Shown here piece by piece: positions 27,061 to 36,741 of a stretch of 64,000 nucleotides of DNA (position 1 is its first letter; the number at the start of each line of letters is the position of its first letter). Both the position numbers and the translations under genes were made by a program. Under the pieces are notes generated by a model. It made no database searches, was not told the DNA's origin, and saw nothing but the letters and a program-made list of their open reading frames with translations. This DNA is from Minisyncoccota bacterium. GTDB lineage: Bacteria > Patescibacteriota > Minisyncoccia > Phycocordibacterales > UBA6065. Location: positions 21,068 through 85,067 of the forward strand of contig DASWWW010000005.1 of the NCBI GenBank assembly GCA_036400935.1. Reading direction: 5' to 3'.

Positions 27061-28167
27061 ATGCCAACTCCCCCGAAAGATCCCACCAAGGAAGACCCGA
27101 CCCTCCCGCGCATCCTGCTTGGGGACGATCCCCAAAAGGACAGCCCGGAGCAAGCCAAGGAACGCCTGCGCGTACAGCAAGCGGTCGCCGACCGCGACCG
27201 CAAGCTCAAAGAGCAGGAGCTCGAAAAGCAGAATGCGGAAAAGAAGAAGGCGAGCCCGATCCAGATCACGGTCGCCCTCCTCCTCATCCTCATCCTCGCC
27301 GGCGTGGTCTACATCATCATCGGCATGGGTAAGCAGCCCGAAAAGGTTGCCATCCGTACCGCCGAAGTCGTAACAAGCAGCGTCAGCGCCGCCATCACCA
27401 AAGATGGCGACGAGACCCGCAAGCTCGTTACGATAGATGGCCAGGCCACGCGGACTCACATGACCACGGCTGCAAACGGCATCGCGGCTGCGGCGGCGCA
27501 AAATGCCTCGCAGCTGAAGGCCGACTACGCCGCCGAACTGAAGGGCCTCCTCAGCTCCCTGGGCCTCAAAGAGCTCAAGGAAACTGCGGATGCCACGAAG
27601 GCGGCGGTCGAGGCCAACGGCAAAGCGATCGCCGCCCTTCCGGGCACGATCGCCGGCCAGCAAAGCGACGCGGCGAACGCGGAAGCCCAGAAACGGGCCG
27701 ACGCGATCGCGGCGAAGCAAAAGGCCGACCGGGATGCCGAAGCCAAACGGTTGGCGGACGAGGCCGAAGCGAAGGCAAAGGCGGAAGAAGCGAAGAAGCA
27801 ACCGGCTGGCGAGAAGGTTTCACCTCCTCCGTCCAACTCGTTGTCCTCGCGCATCCCCGCCCACAGCAATCGCGCCGGCCGCATCCTCGGCACCTCGAAG
27901 CCAGCCCCGACGCAAGTCGTGCTCGAACCCTACAAGACGCTCAAGCAATATGAGCTCTCGGAGAAGTTCGATATCGGGCTGATCGAGTCCGCCAAGGTGT
28001 TCCCGTCCAATACGCCCGGTATCATTGCGAAATGCTACCAGGGCGTGGGCACGGGCGACGCGGTCGAGGTTCCGGTGCCGGCTGACGGCAACTACGAACT
28101 CGCTCCGAACACCCGGAAAGTGCAGTTCTACTGCGCGACGGGGCCAATGGCCGTGTACAAGCAATAG
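27061..28167 (+). CDS. membrane-anchored coiled-coil protein (hypothetical) embedded in the pilin-like array
   Basis: One TM (ITVALLLILILAGVVYIIIGM), then a long A/K/E-rich coiled region and a C-terminal globular part. 368 aa. Confidence 0.5.
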   Translation: MPTPPKDPTKEDPTLPRILLGDDPQKDSPEQAKERLRVQQAVADRDRKLKEQELEKQNAEKKKASPIQITVALLLILILAGVVYIIIGMGKQPEKVAIRTAEVVTSSVSAAITKDGDETRKLVTIDGQATRTHMTTAANGIAAAAAQNASQLKADYAAELKGLLSSLGLKELKETADATKAAVEANGKAIAALPGTIAGQQSDAANAEAQKRADAIAAKQKADRDAEAKRLADEAEAKAKAEEAKKQPAGEKVSPPPSNSLSSRIPAHSNRAGRILGTSKPAPTQVVLEPYKTLKQYELSEKFDIGLIESAKVFPSNTPGIIAKCYQGVGTGDAVEVPVPADGNYELAPNTRKVQFYCATGPMAVYKQ

Positions 28168-28248
28168 CGAGTACCGGAGTGGTCCTTCAAACCAAAGAGC
28201 CAAGGCATTTATGCCCTGGCTCTTTTTTCTTGCGCTATTTCTATTAGG

Positions 28249-28659
28249 CTACTTGATGAAAGCCTTGTTGATGACGGCGTCAGAGTCCTTGTCCGAAAGC
28301 CTGAACGTATTGTCCAAGATGTTCACGAGGCCCCAGATCGAGATCATGACGAAGAGTCCGACGATGCCGTAATAGATGGTCTGCTTGCCCTCCTCTCGCT
28401 TCTCCTCGCTGCGGATCATGTTGAATGCCCCGTACACGATGTAGACGACCGCCGCGGCGATCATGAGATAGATGGCGACATTGAATATATCGACGAGGCA
28501 GTTGACGACGCCCGTGATGCCGTTGTCAGCCATAGTCGCGCAGTTGCCGGAGCTCGAGAGCGAAGTTCCAGCTCGGGGGGTCTGGGCCAAAGCAAGCTGA
28601 GGGGCAACAACCGCGACTAGCGAGAGCATTACGAATGCGGAAACCAAAACTTTCTTCAT
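28249..28659 (-). CDS. secreted small two-TM protein, paralog 3 (T4SS-pilin-like)
   Basis: Signal peptide, then AVVYIVYGAFNMIRSEEKREEGKQTIYYGIVGLFVMISIWGLVNIL. Confidence 0.5.
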   Translation of the reverse strand: MKKVLVSAFVMLSLVAVVAPQLALAQTPRAGTSLSSSGNCATMADNGITGVVNCLVDIFNVAIYLMIAAAVVYIVYGAFNMIRSEEKREEGKQTIYYGIVGLFVMISIWGLVNILDNTFRLSDKDSDAVINKAFIK

Positions 28660-28663
28660 ATTA

Positions 28664-29059
28664 TTATTTTAAACTTTTAACTACGCTTTCCAATATCGCC
28701 GTAATGGTGTGCGCGCCGACTACGATGATAGCTCCTATAATTGTGCCATAAAACGTGCTTTTTGCCTCCTCAAGCTTCGATTCGCTCCCCTGCGCGGTAA
28801 CGAACTTGAATCCTGACAGCAAAAGGAAGAAGGCCACGACGATATATCCGATCTGAATGACGGTATTCAGCAGATCCTTGTAGAGCGCCTCGAGGCTAGA
28901 TACCTTGAGCGGATTCTGAAGGGTCGACATGATCGGAGTCGAAGGGCCTGTCTGATTCGCCCGACCCTGAGTCGACTGGTTCGCATTACCCGGCTGGGCA
29001 AAGCTGAGCGCAGGGACCAGAAACGCGGCCAGTACGAACAATGGGATTAATCTTTTCAT
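28664..29059 (-). CDS. secreted small two-TM protein, paralog 4
   Basis: MKRLIPLFVLAAF signal, then IVVAFFLLLSGFKFV...KSTFYGTIIGAIIVVGAHTITAIL. Start trimmed to avoid the 41-nt overlap. Confidence 0.45.
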   Translation of the reverse strand: MKRLIPLFVLAAFLVPALSFAQPGNANQSTQGRANQTGPSTPIMSTLQNPLKVSSLEALYKDLLNTVIQIGYIVVAFFLLLSGFKFVTAQGSESKLEEAKSTFYGTIIGAIIVVGAHTITAILESVVKSLK

Positions 29060-29087
29060 GGGATAAGTATAGCGCAGATTATAAATT

Positions 29088-29624
29088 CTACCTCGGCGGC
29101 AAGATGTCGGTCTTCTTGAGGCCGCCAACGTTCTCGCCCAGGAGCTTGTCGAGCACAGTATAGACGAGGAGCCATCCAGCCATTATGAAGAATATGCCTA
29201 TAAGGATCGGAGTAAACATCCTCTTTGCGTCGGCGATGAGATTTACGTCCCCGCCGGCGGTCACATACTTGAATCCAGTGTACACGAGCATGCAGACTAC
29301 GATCGGCGAGACGAGCCAGAGAGCAAAATTTATGATCCTCTGGATAGTCAGGATAAGCTGGTCGAAGTCGCATTCGACGCTCCTTGGATCGACAGTCGGC
29401 TTGCCGTTGGCATCAGGAATGATCCTGCCCTGCTCGTCGCGCAAGTATTTTTGAACGCCGTCGCAGGACACGAGCTGGAAGCTGGTCTTGTCCGGAATCG
29501 ATCCCGTATCCTGATTCTTGGGATCCGACGAGCTGACCTGCGCCCCCGCGAACGCCGGCGCCGCAAATATCGCCATGAACACAAGAAACGCGCCGAACAT
29601 TGCTATTTTTTTGAAAATCATCAT
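29088..29624 (-). CDS. secreted two-TM protein, paralog 5 (extended N-terminal region)
   Basis: Signal peptide, then ...VVCMLVYTGFKYVTAGGD...RMFTPILIGIFFIMAGWLLVYTVL. Confidence 0.45.
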   Translation of the reverse strand: MMIFKKIAMFGAFLVFMAIFAAPAFAGAQVSSSDPKNQDTGSIPDKTSFQLVSCDGVQKYLRDEQGRIIPDANGKPTVDPRSVECDFDQLILTIQRIINFALWLVSPIVVCMLVYTGFKYVTAGGDVNLIADAKRMFTPILIGIFFIMAGWLLVYTVLDKLLGENVGGLKKTDILPPR

Positions 29625-30919
29625 AGTGCGGTATTAGCGATCATCCTATCCATTTCGAGGGATGCGGCGCGAACAGCCTCGCTCACGCGCATCTTTCCCG
29701 ACGTGACGTTGTCAACCATGCGCATGAACGCCTCATTGGTGCCTTCCTTGTCAGGATCAAGCCACCCCTTCGCGATCAGCGCGCTCTGATAAAAGACAGA
29801 CTTGTAAGCATCGCTCGGCAAAGTCGCGAACATATCGCGGCGGACGGGCGGAAAGCCCGAGTATTCCGTCCAACGGGTCTGCAAGTCGAGGCCCGAGAGG
29901 TTCGTGGCCGCGATAAATGCCGCGGCTGGATTCGGGGACGCCTTTACGATAGCGATGGCATTCATCGAGCCGAAGGCAACCTTGTTGCCGGAAGCGCCCG
30001 ACGTCTGAGGAATGGCCGCTACGTCGAAGTTAAGGTTTGGGTTCGCAGCCCGGATGCTCGCAAGCTCGCTTGCCGAGCCGAAGTACACGGCGAGTTTTCC
30101 CGCCGCGAAAGCGGTCTTGTCGTTAGGCATAGAGCGGTTCCATGAATACGATGATTTGTTGGGATTAGAGAACTCGACGAAATAAGAGAGGGCCTGCTCG
30201 CTTGGGATGAGGCCTCCGGTCCCCTCATCAAATACGCTGACGATATTCCCCTGGCTATCGAACGAGACTATCGGGGTGCCCGCCTGGATAGACAGAAGTG
30301 CGATCATGTTTTTGGCATGGGTGACATTCCTCGTCTCGCCAAAGGCGATAAGTGCCTGCGAAATATTGCCTGCCCCATCCCTCTTTACGATCTTCGGAGC
30401 CATGGTAAAGAACTCAGTCCATGATGTCGGTGGACGGCTGTAGCCCTCATTAGTAAGGATATCCCTGTTCCAGTACATGACCAGAGGATCGACCGTGAAT
30501 GGAAAGCCGATAATACCGTCGGGCGCAAGGTACAGCTCACCCTCCTGGATGAACGAATCCTTAAACGTGCGCTCGGAGTAGTTCTCGAAAGGAACGATAT
30601 AGAACTTGTCGAGCTGCTTTACGATGAAATCCTGGGGCATGAGGATCATGTCCGGGCCCATGCCGCGTGCAAGCTGCGCTATCATTTCCGATTCGATAGT
30701 CGCGGGCGATTTCTGAACATAGGTTACCTTGAATGTTTTCTGGACATCGCTCTCGACAGACGAGAGGAATCCCGACACGACTTCGGATCTTAGCGTTCCC
30801 CACATGACGAGCTGTGGGACGTTGGAACCAGAGCCGCTTTTCGACAAAGCGAACGTCGCTATTCCCGCGACGCCAAGCAATACAACGATAGCCGAGAAGA
30901 TGATTTGAAATCGGGTCAT
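29621..30919 (-). CDS. membrane-anchored extracellular solute-binding protein (ABC SBP family 1-like), orphan
   Basis: N-terminal anchor, then a MalE-like fold pattern (GMGPDMILMPQD...YWNRDIL...PPTSWTEF). No permease or ATPase genes adjacent. Confidence 0.6.
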   Translation of the reverse strand: MTRFQIIFSAIVVLLGVAGIATFALSKSGSGSNVPQLVMWGTLRSEVVSGFLSSVESDVQKTFKVTYVQKSPATIESEMIAQLARGMGPDMILMPQDFIVKQLDKFYIVPFENYSERTFKDSFIQEGELYLAPDGIIGFPFTVDPLVMYWNRDILTNEGYSRPPTSWTEFFTMAPKIVKRDGAGNISQALIAFGETRNVTHAKNMIALLSIQAGTPIVSFDSQGNIVSVFDEGTGGLIPSEQALSYFVEFSNPNKSSYSWNRSMPNDKTAFAAGKLAVYFGSASELASIRAANPNLNFDVAAIPQTSGASGNKVAFGSMNAIAIVKASPNPAAAFIAATNLSGLDLQTRWTEYSGFPPVRRDMFATLPSDAYKSVFYQSALIAKGWLDPDKEGTNEAFMRMVDNVTSGKMRVSEAVRAASLEMDRMIANTAL

Positions 30920-30928
30920 TTTCTATGA

Positions 30929-31456
30929 TTATTTCTTGCGGAAAATTATACCATAGTGGTGCGCGCCAGCATGGATCTCCTTTTCATACGTAAAGCCGGC
31001 TGCCACGGCGAGCTTGTGGGCGTCGTCCTTGTATACGACATGGCCGTGATGCGGTCCCATGCCTGAAAATGAGGCAGACCAGTCGACGAGGAGCATCTTT
31101 CCGCCCGTCTTGAGCACGCGCCTGGCCTCGAGCAGGAACGATTTCTTGTCGTCGAGCATGAAAAGGATATTCGAGGCGATGACTGCGTCGCAGGACGCCT
31201 CGCGGATCTTCGAGCCGCCCAGTTTCTCGAGATCGCCCGACAAAACGTCGATATTCCGGAGGTGAAGCCTGTTCGCCTCCTTCTTGAGCCGGTCGAGCAT
31301 GTCGCGCTGGACATCTATCGCGTACACCTTGCCATGCGGAGCGACGACGCGAGCCGCCGCGAGCGTATAAAAGCCCGAACCCGCGCCCATATCCGCGACC
31401 ACCATCCCGTCCGACAAGCCGAACTGCGCAATATTATGATCTGGGTCTGAAAACAT
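30929..31456 (-). CDS. class I SAM-dependent methyltransferase
   Basis: Motif I VADMGAGSGFYTL, with motif II/III acidic residues. The ORF-track start at 31522 would overlap repeat A, so I chose a later Met (MFSDPDHN). Confidence 0.65.
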   Translation of the reverse strand: MFSDPDHNIAQFGLSDGMVVADMGAGSGFYTLAAARVVAPHGKVYAIDVQRDMLDRLKKEANRLHLRNIDVLSGDLEKLGGSKIREASCDAVIASNILFMLDDKKSFLLEARRVLKTGGKMLLVDWSASFSGMGPHHGHVVYKDDAHKLAVAAGFTYEKEIHAGAHHYGIIFRKK

Positions 31457-31490
31457 GGAATAAGTATACACCCTTGCGCGACCCGTCGCC

Positions 31491-31545
31491 CGCATGCTAC
31501 AAATAGTATCCAGGACGAGCACTTCGAAAGGGCTCGTTTTCTCTT
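31491..31545 (+). repeat. conserved ~50-nt upstream element, copy A (CATGCTACAAATAGTATCCAGGACGAGCACTTCGAAAGGGCTCGTTTTCTC)
   Basis: About 90% identical to copy B. Contains the hairpin GACGAGC-acttcgaaagg-GCTCGTT followed by a T-run. Ends about 40 nt before the cmk ATG. Confidence 0.6.
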
Positions 31546-31583
31546 TTCACGTCAGACAACCTCAATCCTGAAATACCACCAGA

Positions 31584-32339
31584 ATGGAAACGTCAGCTTC
31601 AACACCCACTCCCACCGTCGTGCAGGACAAGCAGAACGAGGAAAATGGCGGCATCATCAACCTGGACGGCCCGAGCGCTAGCGGCAAAGGCGCCACAAGC
31701 GAAGGCCTTGCCGCAGAACTCGGAATGATCATCCTCCCGTCAGGCGACCTGTATCGCACCGCCTCGCGGATGTTCGCGCTCGACAAGATCGATCACACGG
31801 ATACCATCGCGGCCAGCGACTACTTCGCGCAGAATGTCGAGCGGGTAAAGATCCGTGACGGCATCATCTTTCTCGACGGCATATGCGTCGGAGACGAGAT
31901 TCGGACCGAAGAGATCGACGAGCTGGTAAAGCACGTCTCGCGCATCCCGATGGTCCGCTCCTGCCTGCTGCCGATCCAGCGGGGCCAGATCAACAAGAAG
32001 GGCCTGATCGCCGAGGGACAGGACATGACGACCGTCGTCTTTCCCGAAGCCGATCTCAAGGTCTATCTCGACGCGCCGCTCGCGGTGCGAGCCTCCCGCC
32101 GATACAAACAACGCCGGAAGAAATTCGAAAAGCTGCCGCCCGGCCACGGCCAGAAAATGCAGACCTTCGAGGAAATCTATGACGGCTTGGCCGCTCGCGA
32201 CAAGGCCGACATGGAGAGAAAAGAGTCCGCGCTCCAGCAGACTCCGGAAATGCTCTACATCAACAGCCATCACAAGACGCTCGAACAGGTCGTCGGGGAA
32301 ATCCTCGCCGCCTGGAGAGCGCTTCTCGTCGCCGCCTAA
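31584..32339 (+). CDS. cmk: cytidylate kinase
   Basis: P-loop LDGPSASGKGATS, with CMP-binding and lid regions. 251 aa. Confidence 0.8.
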   Translation: METSASTPTPTVVQDKQNEENGGIINLDGPSASGKGATSEGLAAELGMIILPSGDLYRTASRMFALDKIDHTDTIAASDYFAQNVERVKIRDGIIFLDGICVGDEIRTEEIDELVKHVSRIPMVRSCLLPIQRGQINKKGLIAEGQDMTTVVFPEADLKVYLDAPLAVRASRRYKQRRKKFEKLPPGHGQKMQTFEEIYDGLAARDKADMERKESALQQTPEMLYINSHHKTLEQVVGEILAAWRALLVAA

Positions 32340-32356
32340 ACAAGGCGGCTTTTTTA
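32331..32356 (+). terminator. intrinsic terminator after cmk
   Basis: gccgcc-taaacaa-ggcggc followed by tttttt. Confidence 0.6.
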
Positions 32357-32373
32357 TTTGACTTCCTGCTGCC

Positions 32374-32428
32374 CCATGCTACAAATAATGCCTAGGACGA
32401 GCACTTCGAAAGGGCTCGTTTTCTCGTT
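32374..32428 (+). repeat. conserved ~50-nt upstream element, copy B
   Basis: CATGCTACAAATAATGCCTAGGACGAGCACTTCGAAAGGGCTCGTTTTCTC, about 30 nt upstream of the 32459 ATG. Confidence 0.6.
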
Positions 32429-32458
32429 CAGCACACTAACGTTCGAAAATCGCAGCAC

Positions 32459-33049
32459 ATGAAATCAAGGACAAAACCGCCATTCGCTACTCCGCCCGGT
32501 TCATTCATGGCCACGCCTTTGACGCTCAATCAGGTCGAGGCGCCGGCATCCCCGCCGGCATCCCCGCCGGAAACAGTCGTGCCAGAGCTGGTCCTCGCTG
32601 CTCTCGATCCCGAGTTCGTCACCCCGCACGGGCGGACGAGGATTCCGAGCCAGGACCGCGAGATCCGCGTCAGCCAGGGCGATTTCGGCTCCGCCGTCGT
32701 CGACCTCTGCGAGGAATGCGGCGTAAGCATGGGTGACGAGGCGGCCGTGAGCCGGGTGCTCGGCGAGCACCAGCAGGGCCTGAAACTGCACAAGGGCCGC
32801 GTCATCATGAACGGCCGCTACGTGTTCCCGCCGCTTACGCAGCACCTCGACCGTCCGGACTTCCGGCTGAGAGTCGCGGCCGTCACCAATTACCGTTTCG
32901 TCCGCGAGGTCATGGTCAGCCTCTTCTGCTCGTGGGCCCGCGACTTCTCACGCGCGGTCTTCGTCACCAGGTATCCCGAAGCCCTTCAGGATCTGTTCCG
33001 GGCCGAGTGCCAGAAGCAGAATCTGATTTTCAAGCTTGCCGGCGCCTAA
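32459..33049 (+). CDS. hypothetical protein (GC-rich; contains a tandem PASPPASPP repeat)
   Basis: 196-aa ORF between repeat B and a strong terminator. No motif recognised. Confidence 0.4.
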   Translation: MKSRTKPPFATPPGSFMATPLTLNQVEAPASPPASPPETVVPELVLAALDPEFVTPHGRTRIPSQDREIRVSQGDFGSAVVDLCEECGVSMGDEAAVSRVLGEHQQGLKLHKGRVIMNGRYVFPPLTQHLDRPDFRLRVAAVTNYRFVREVMVSLFCSWARDFSRAVFVTRYPEALQDLFRAECQKQNLIFKLAGA

Positions 33050-33073
33050 TAGGCGCAATGCGGCAAGAAAGCA

Positions 33074-33103
33074 AAACCGCCCTCACGTGAGGGCGGTTTT
33101 TTC
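33074..33103. terminator. bidirectional intrinsic terminator
   Basis: aaaaccgccctcacgtgagggcggtttttt. Confidence 0.65.
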
Positions 33104-33112
33104 ATTCTAAAT

Positions 33113-35581
33113 TTACAAGCAGACTACCGACGCGAGCGAATCCCCTTCGCGAAGCTTCATGACGCGCACGCCCTGTGTCTGGCGACCAAGCGTCGGAATC
33201 TCATTGAGCTCGACGCGAACGACCTGCGACTTCTTGGACATAGCCACGAGCTCGCTGTCCTCCTCGGTAATGACCTTGGCCGAGATAACCGGGCCGGTCT
33301 TGTCGGTAACCTTCATGGTGAGGATTCCGGAACCGCCGCGGTTTTGAGTCTTGTACTCGTCGGCGTTCGTAGTCTTGCCGTAGCCGTGCTTCGAGATGAC
33401 CATGATGCGGGCGCCCTTGGCGTCCTTCTTGATCACGTCCGACGATACTACGTAGTCGCCCTTGGCGAGGTTCACGCCGCGCACGCCCATAGCGGAGCGT
33501 CCCATCTCGCGGACATCCGCCTCCTCGAATCGGATCGACTGACCTTCAGCCGTAATGATAGACATGTCGTCGCCCTTTGATACGAACGATACCGACATCA
33601 ATTCGTCGCCAGCTTCGAGCGTGATTGCGATCAATCCCGATCGGCGCACGTCGTGGAAGCTCTCGGCCTTGACCTTCTTGGCCGTTCCGAGCTTCGTGAC
33701 CATCATGAGCGACAATGCCTCCTGCTTCTTGGACTCCTTTGGCATAGGAAGGATCGAGGTGACCTTCTCGTTGTCGGCGAGCGACAGGAAGTTCACGAGA
33801 GCCTTGCCCTTTGTGGCGCGCTTTCCTTCTGGAAGCTCGTACATCTTGATCTGGTACGCCTTGCCCTTGTCGGTAAAGAAGAGGATGTCCGAATGGGTCG
33901 TAGTCGTGACGAGATTCACGACGAAATCCTCCTCCTTGGTATCGAGGTCGATCACGCCGACGCCACCGCGCTTCTGCTTGCGGTACTCGTCTGGCATAGT
34001 GCGCTTCACGTAGCCGCCCTGAGTGAGGACAAGCACGTTCTCGACGTCTGGGATGAGGTCCTCGTCGGAAATCACCTTGGCGCCGTGCTTGATGACCTTG
34101 GTGGCACGCTCGTCGCCGTACTTCTCCATGATCTCGCCGATCTCCTTCTTGATCACGCCGAGGATCTTCTTTGGCGAGGCGAGGAGCCCCTTCAATTCTG
34201 CGATGAGGGCCTGGATCTCCTTCAATTCGTCCTCGATCTTCTGGCGCTCGAGAGCCGCGAGTTTCTGGAGTCGCATGTCGAGGATAGCCTGTGCCTGGAG
34301 GGCTGAGAATTTGAAGGTCTTCATGAGGCCGTTCTTCGCGTCCTCAACCGACGAAGACTTGCGGATAAGCTTGATGATCTCGTCGATATGATCGAGAGCC
34401 TTCTTGAGTCCGATGAGGATGTGCTCGCGGGCCTCTGCGATGCGGAGGTCGTATGCCGTCCGGCGCTTTACCACCTCGACGCGGTGCTCGATGAAGTGCT
34501 CGAGGATCGACTTGAGCGAGAGGGTTTCTGGGCGGCCCTTTACCAGGGCGACCATGTTCAAGTGGAACATGCCCTCAAGCTGCGTATGCTTGTATAGGAA
34601 ATTGAGGACCTTCTGAGGATGCGCGCCCTGCTTGAGGTCGATGACGATACGGATATCCTTTGCAGACTCGTCGCGCAGGCCCTTGATGCCTTCGAGCTTC
34701 TTCTCGCGGACGAGGTCTGCGATAGCGACGATAAGGTCGGCCTTTACCACGCGGTAAGGGATCGACGTGATGACGATCTGGAACTGGCCCGCTTTGTTCT
34801 CGACGATCTCGGCGTCGCCGCGGCAAAGGATGCCTCCGCGTCCTGTCGAGTACGCGTGCGCGACGTCCTTCTCGCCGTAAATGGTGCCTCCTGTCGGGAA
34901 GTCTGGGCCCTTGATGAACTGGAGGAGATCCTCGGTCGTGGCCTCAGGGTTCTCGATCAGGTGCGAAGTGGCATTGAGGACCTCGTTGAGGTTGTGAGGC
35001 GGAATGTTGGTCGCCATACCGACGGCGATACCAAGCGTTCCATTCAAAAGGAGGTTCGGGACGGCTGTCGGAAGGACTGAAGGCTCCTTGCGGGTGTTGT
35101 CGTAGTTCGGTCGGAAGTCGACAGTCTCCTTTTCGAGGTCGCGAAGGAGCTCGCCTGCCACTTTCGACATCTTTGCCTCGGTATATCGGTACGCTGCGGC
35201 GCCGTCTCCGTCGATCGAGCCGAAGTTACCCTGGCCGATGACGAGCGGATAGCGCATGGAGAAATCCTGGGCCATCTTTACCATCGCCTCGTATACGGAC
35301 GCATCTCCGTGAGGATGGTACTTGCCGAGCACGTCTCCCACGATGGTCGCGGACTTCTTGGTCTTTGCCGACGCCGTAAGGCCGATATCGTGCATCGCGT
35401 AGAGGATGCGGCGGTGTACCGGCTTCAATCCGTCGCGGACGTCCGGCAGGGCTCGGGCGGTGATAACCGACATGGCATAGTCGAGATACGAATCTCGCAT
35501 CTCGGTTACGATAGATCGGCCAACGATGCCTCGTTCTTCAAAAGGCAATTTCGGCTCTGGCGGGGTATTTTTCGGGCTCAT
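33113..35581 (-). CDS. gyrA: DNA gyrase subunit A
   Basis: [22 protein letters not shown], active-site Tyr region, and C-terminal beta-pinwheel repeats. 822 aa. Confidence 0.95.
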   Translation of the reverse strand: MSPKNTPPEPKLPFEERGIVGRSIVTEMRDSYLDYAMSVITARALPDVRDGLKPVHRRILYAMHDIGLTASAKTKKSATIVGDVLGKYHPHGDASVYEAMVKMAQDFSMRYPLVIGQGNFGSIDGDGAAAYRYTEAKMSKVAGELLRDLEKETVDFRPNYDNTRKEPSVLPTAVPNLLLNGTLGIAVGMATNIPPHNLNEVLNATSHLIENPEATTEDLLQFIKGPDFPTGGTIYGEKDVAHAYSTGRGGILCRGDAEIVENKAGQFQIVITSIPYRVVKADLIVAIADLVREKKLEGIKGLRDESAKDIRIVIDLKQGAHPQKVLNFLYKHTQLEGMFHLNMVALVKGRPETLSLKSILEHFIEHRVEVVKRRTAYDLRIAEAREHILIGLKKALDHIDEIIKLIRKSSSVEDAKNGLMKTFKFSALQAQAILDMRLQKLAALERQKIEDELKEIQALIAELKGLLASPKKILGVIKKEIGEIMEKYGDERATKVIKHGAKVISDEDLIPDVENVLVLTQGGYVKRTMPDEYRKQKRGGVGVIDLDTKEEDFVVNLVTTTTHSDILFFTDKGKAYQIKMYELPEGKRATKGKALVNFLSLADNEKVTSILPMPKESKKQEALSLMMVTKLGTAKKVKAESFHDVRRSGLIAITLEAGDELMSVSFVSKGDDMSIITAEGQSIRFEEADVREMGRSAMGVRGVNLAKGDYVVSSDVIKKDAKGARIMVISKHGYGKTTNADEYKTQNRGGSGILTMKVTDKTGPVISAKVITEEDSELVAMSKKSQVVRVELNEIPTLGRQTQGVRVMKLREGDSLASVVCL

Positions 35582-35656
35582 TAAAGGGTAATTTCGCTGC
35601 TAAATATATGTCAAATATAGCATTTTTGGGCCTTGGCAAGTAGTTGACAACCGGCC

Positions 35657-36016
35657 TTATATCTCTTGAGATTCTGAAGTAGTTCCTATTTCCACCTCTT
35701 GCATCTCGTGCTGAACAGTCTCCTTAAATGCCTCGAAAGCCTCCGTGGTACTCGCGATCGGGGCGACGAACGATGTTGTGAATATATCGCTCACGCGATC
35801 GACAAGGCCGCCAAACGTCTGGCTTAGGGTCGGCACGTCCCTTCTGCCGGCAGTCTTTGTGCCGGAGACGGATTCCGTACTTGCATAATAAATCAGCGAT
35901 GTGGCGATAATCCAAACCACGGCAATACCGAGAGTCGAGTAGAGAGATATGCGAAAGGCGGCCTTGCGTCTCACGGCCTCAGGCTGCCTTCGCAGATTTT
36001 CAAAGTATTGGAGCAT
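35657..36016 (-). CDS. small membrane protein (hypothetical)
   Basis: Start taken at MLQYFENL. One TM (LYSTLGIAVVWIIATSLIYY). Confidence 0.35.
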   Translation of the reverse strand: MLQYFENLRRQPEAVRRKAAFRISLYSTLGIAVVWIIATSLIYYASTESVSGTKTAGRRDVPTLSQTFGGLVDRVSDIFTTSFVAPIASTTEAFEAFKETVQHEMQEVEIGTTSESQEI

Positions 36017-36045
36017 ATTTGTTTCCGATATGCGGAAAGCGATTC

Positions 36046-36675
36046 TTACGCCGCAGGTTCGAGGACAACGACGTCCGCATCCTTCCCTTCCAGATCCTTC
36101 TTCTTGAGAGTAAGTTTGTCTACCGGCTTTACCGATTCCTCGCCAGCCTCCTTGAGGAATGCCTTGAGAGCCGCATTGTCGCCCCAATAGAGAGGAACGA
36201 TGAGCTTTGGCTCGAGCTTTACGGCGAGCTTCGCGGCGTCGCTCGGAGCGAGGGTTCCAGCGGCGCCCACAGGTACGAAGAGCACGTCGATGGTCTCGAT
36301 CTCCTCGTTTGCGGCGTCAGGAATCTCCTTTGTCGAGATCGCGCCGAGGAAGCAGAGGTTCATGTTCTCGAGGCTGACCGTATATATCGTGTTCAATCGG
36401 GGCTCGCCTCCGTAATTGGAGTCGGACTTGAAGCCCTTGATGAAGACGTCCTTGATCTCGTACTCGCCCGGGCCGGTTACCGCGAAAGCGTTCTTCTCGC
36501 CGAAAGACACCTGCTCGACGCCGTTGAAGTCAGCATGATTGACCGACACCAAAGCGATGTCCGCGCCGAATCGCGAGCTCTTGAGCTTCGAGTCTTTGGA
36601 AATAGGATTGACCGCGATCGTAATGTCGCCGAACTGAACTTTCACGAATGCCCCGCCTTGATATGTGATTACCAT
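36046..36675 (-). CDS. MBL-fold metallo-hydrolase-like protein (degenerate metal motif)
   Basis: Beta-lactamase-fold pattern (ITYQGGAFVKVQFGDITIAVNP...ADIALVSVNHADFNG...VLFVPVG). Confidence 0.45.
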   Translation of the reverse strand: MVITYQGGAFVKVQFGDITIAVNPISKDSKLKSSRFGADIALVSVNHADFNGVEQVSFGEKNAFAVTGPGEYEIKDVFIKGFKSDSNYGGEPRLNTIYTVSLENMNLCFLGAISTKEIPDAANEEIETIDVLFVPVGAAGTLAPSDAAKLAVKLEPKLIVPLYWGDNAALKAFLKEAGEESVKPVDKLTLKKKDLEGKDADVVVLEPAA

Positions 36676-36741
36676 AATGAAGAGAGTATATACGAATGCT
36701 ACGCATAAAAAAAGCCCGCACATTAAGTGCGAGCCCAGGAA

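Noticed and set aside
29056-29373. 105-aa ORF overlapping pilin-like paralogs 4 and 5 on the same strand in another frame, and the 29185..29454 + ORF.
   Set aside because: These are out-of-frame overlaps with genes that have a conserved paralog family signature.
33159-35584. Plus-strand ORFs inside gyrA (33653..34306, 34619..35080 and others) and ORFs overlapping ftsZ (44865..45923 -), trxB and valS (59370..60659 -).
   Set aside because: These are antisense to strongly supported housekeeping CDS.
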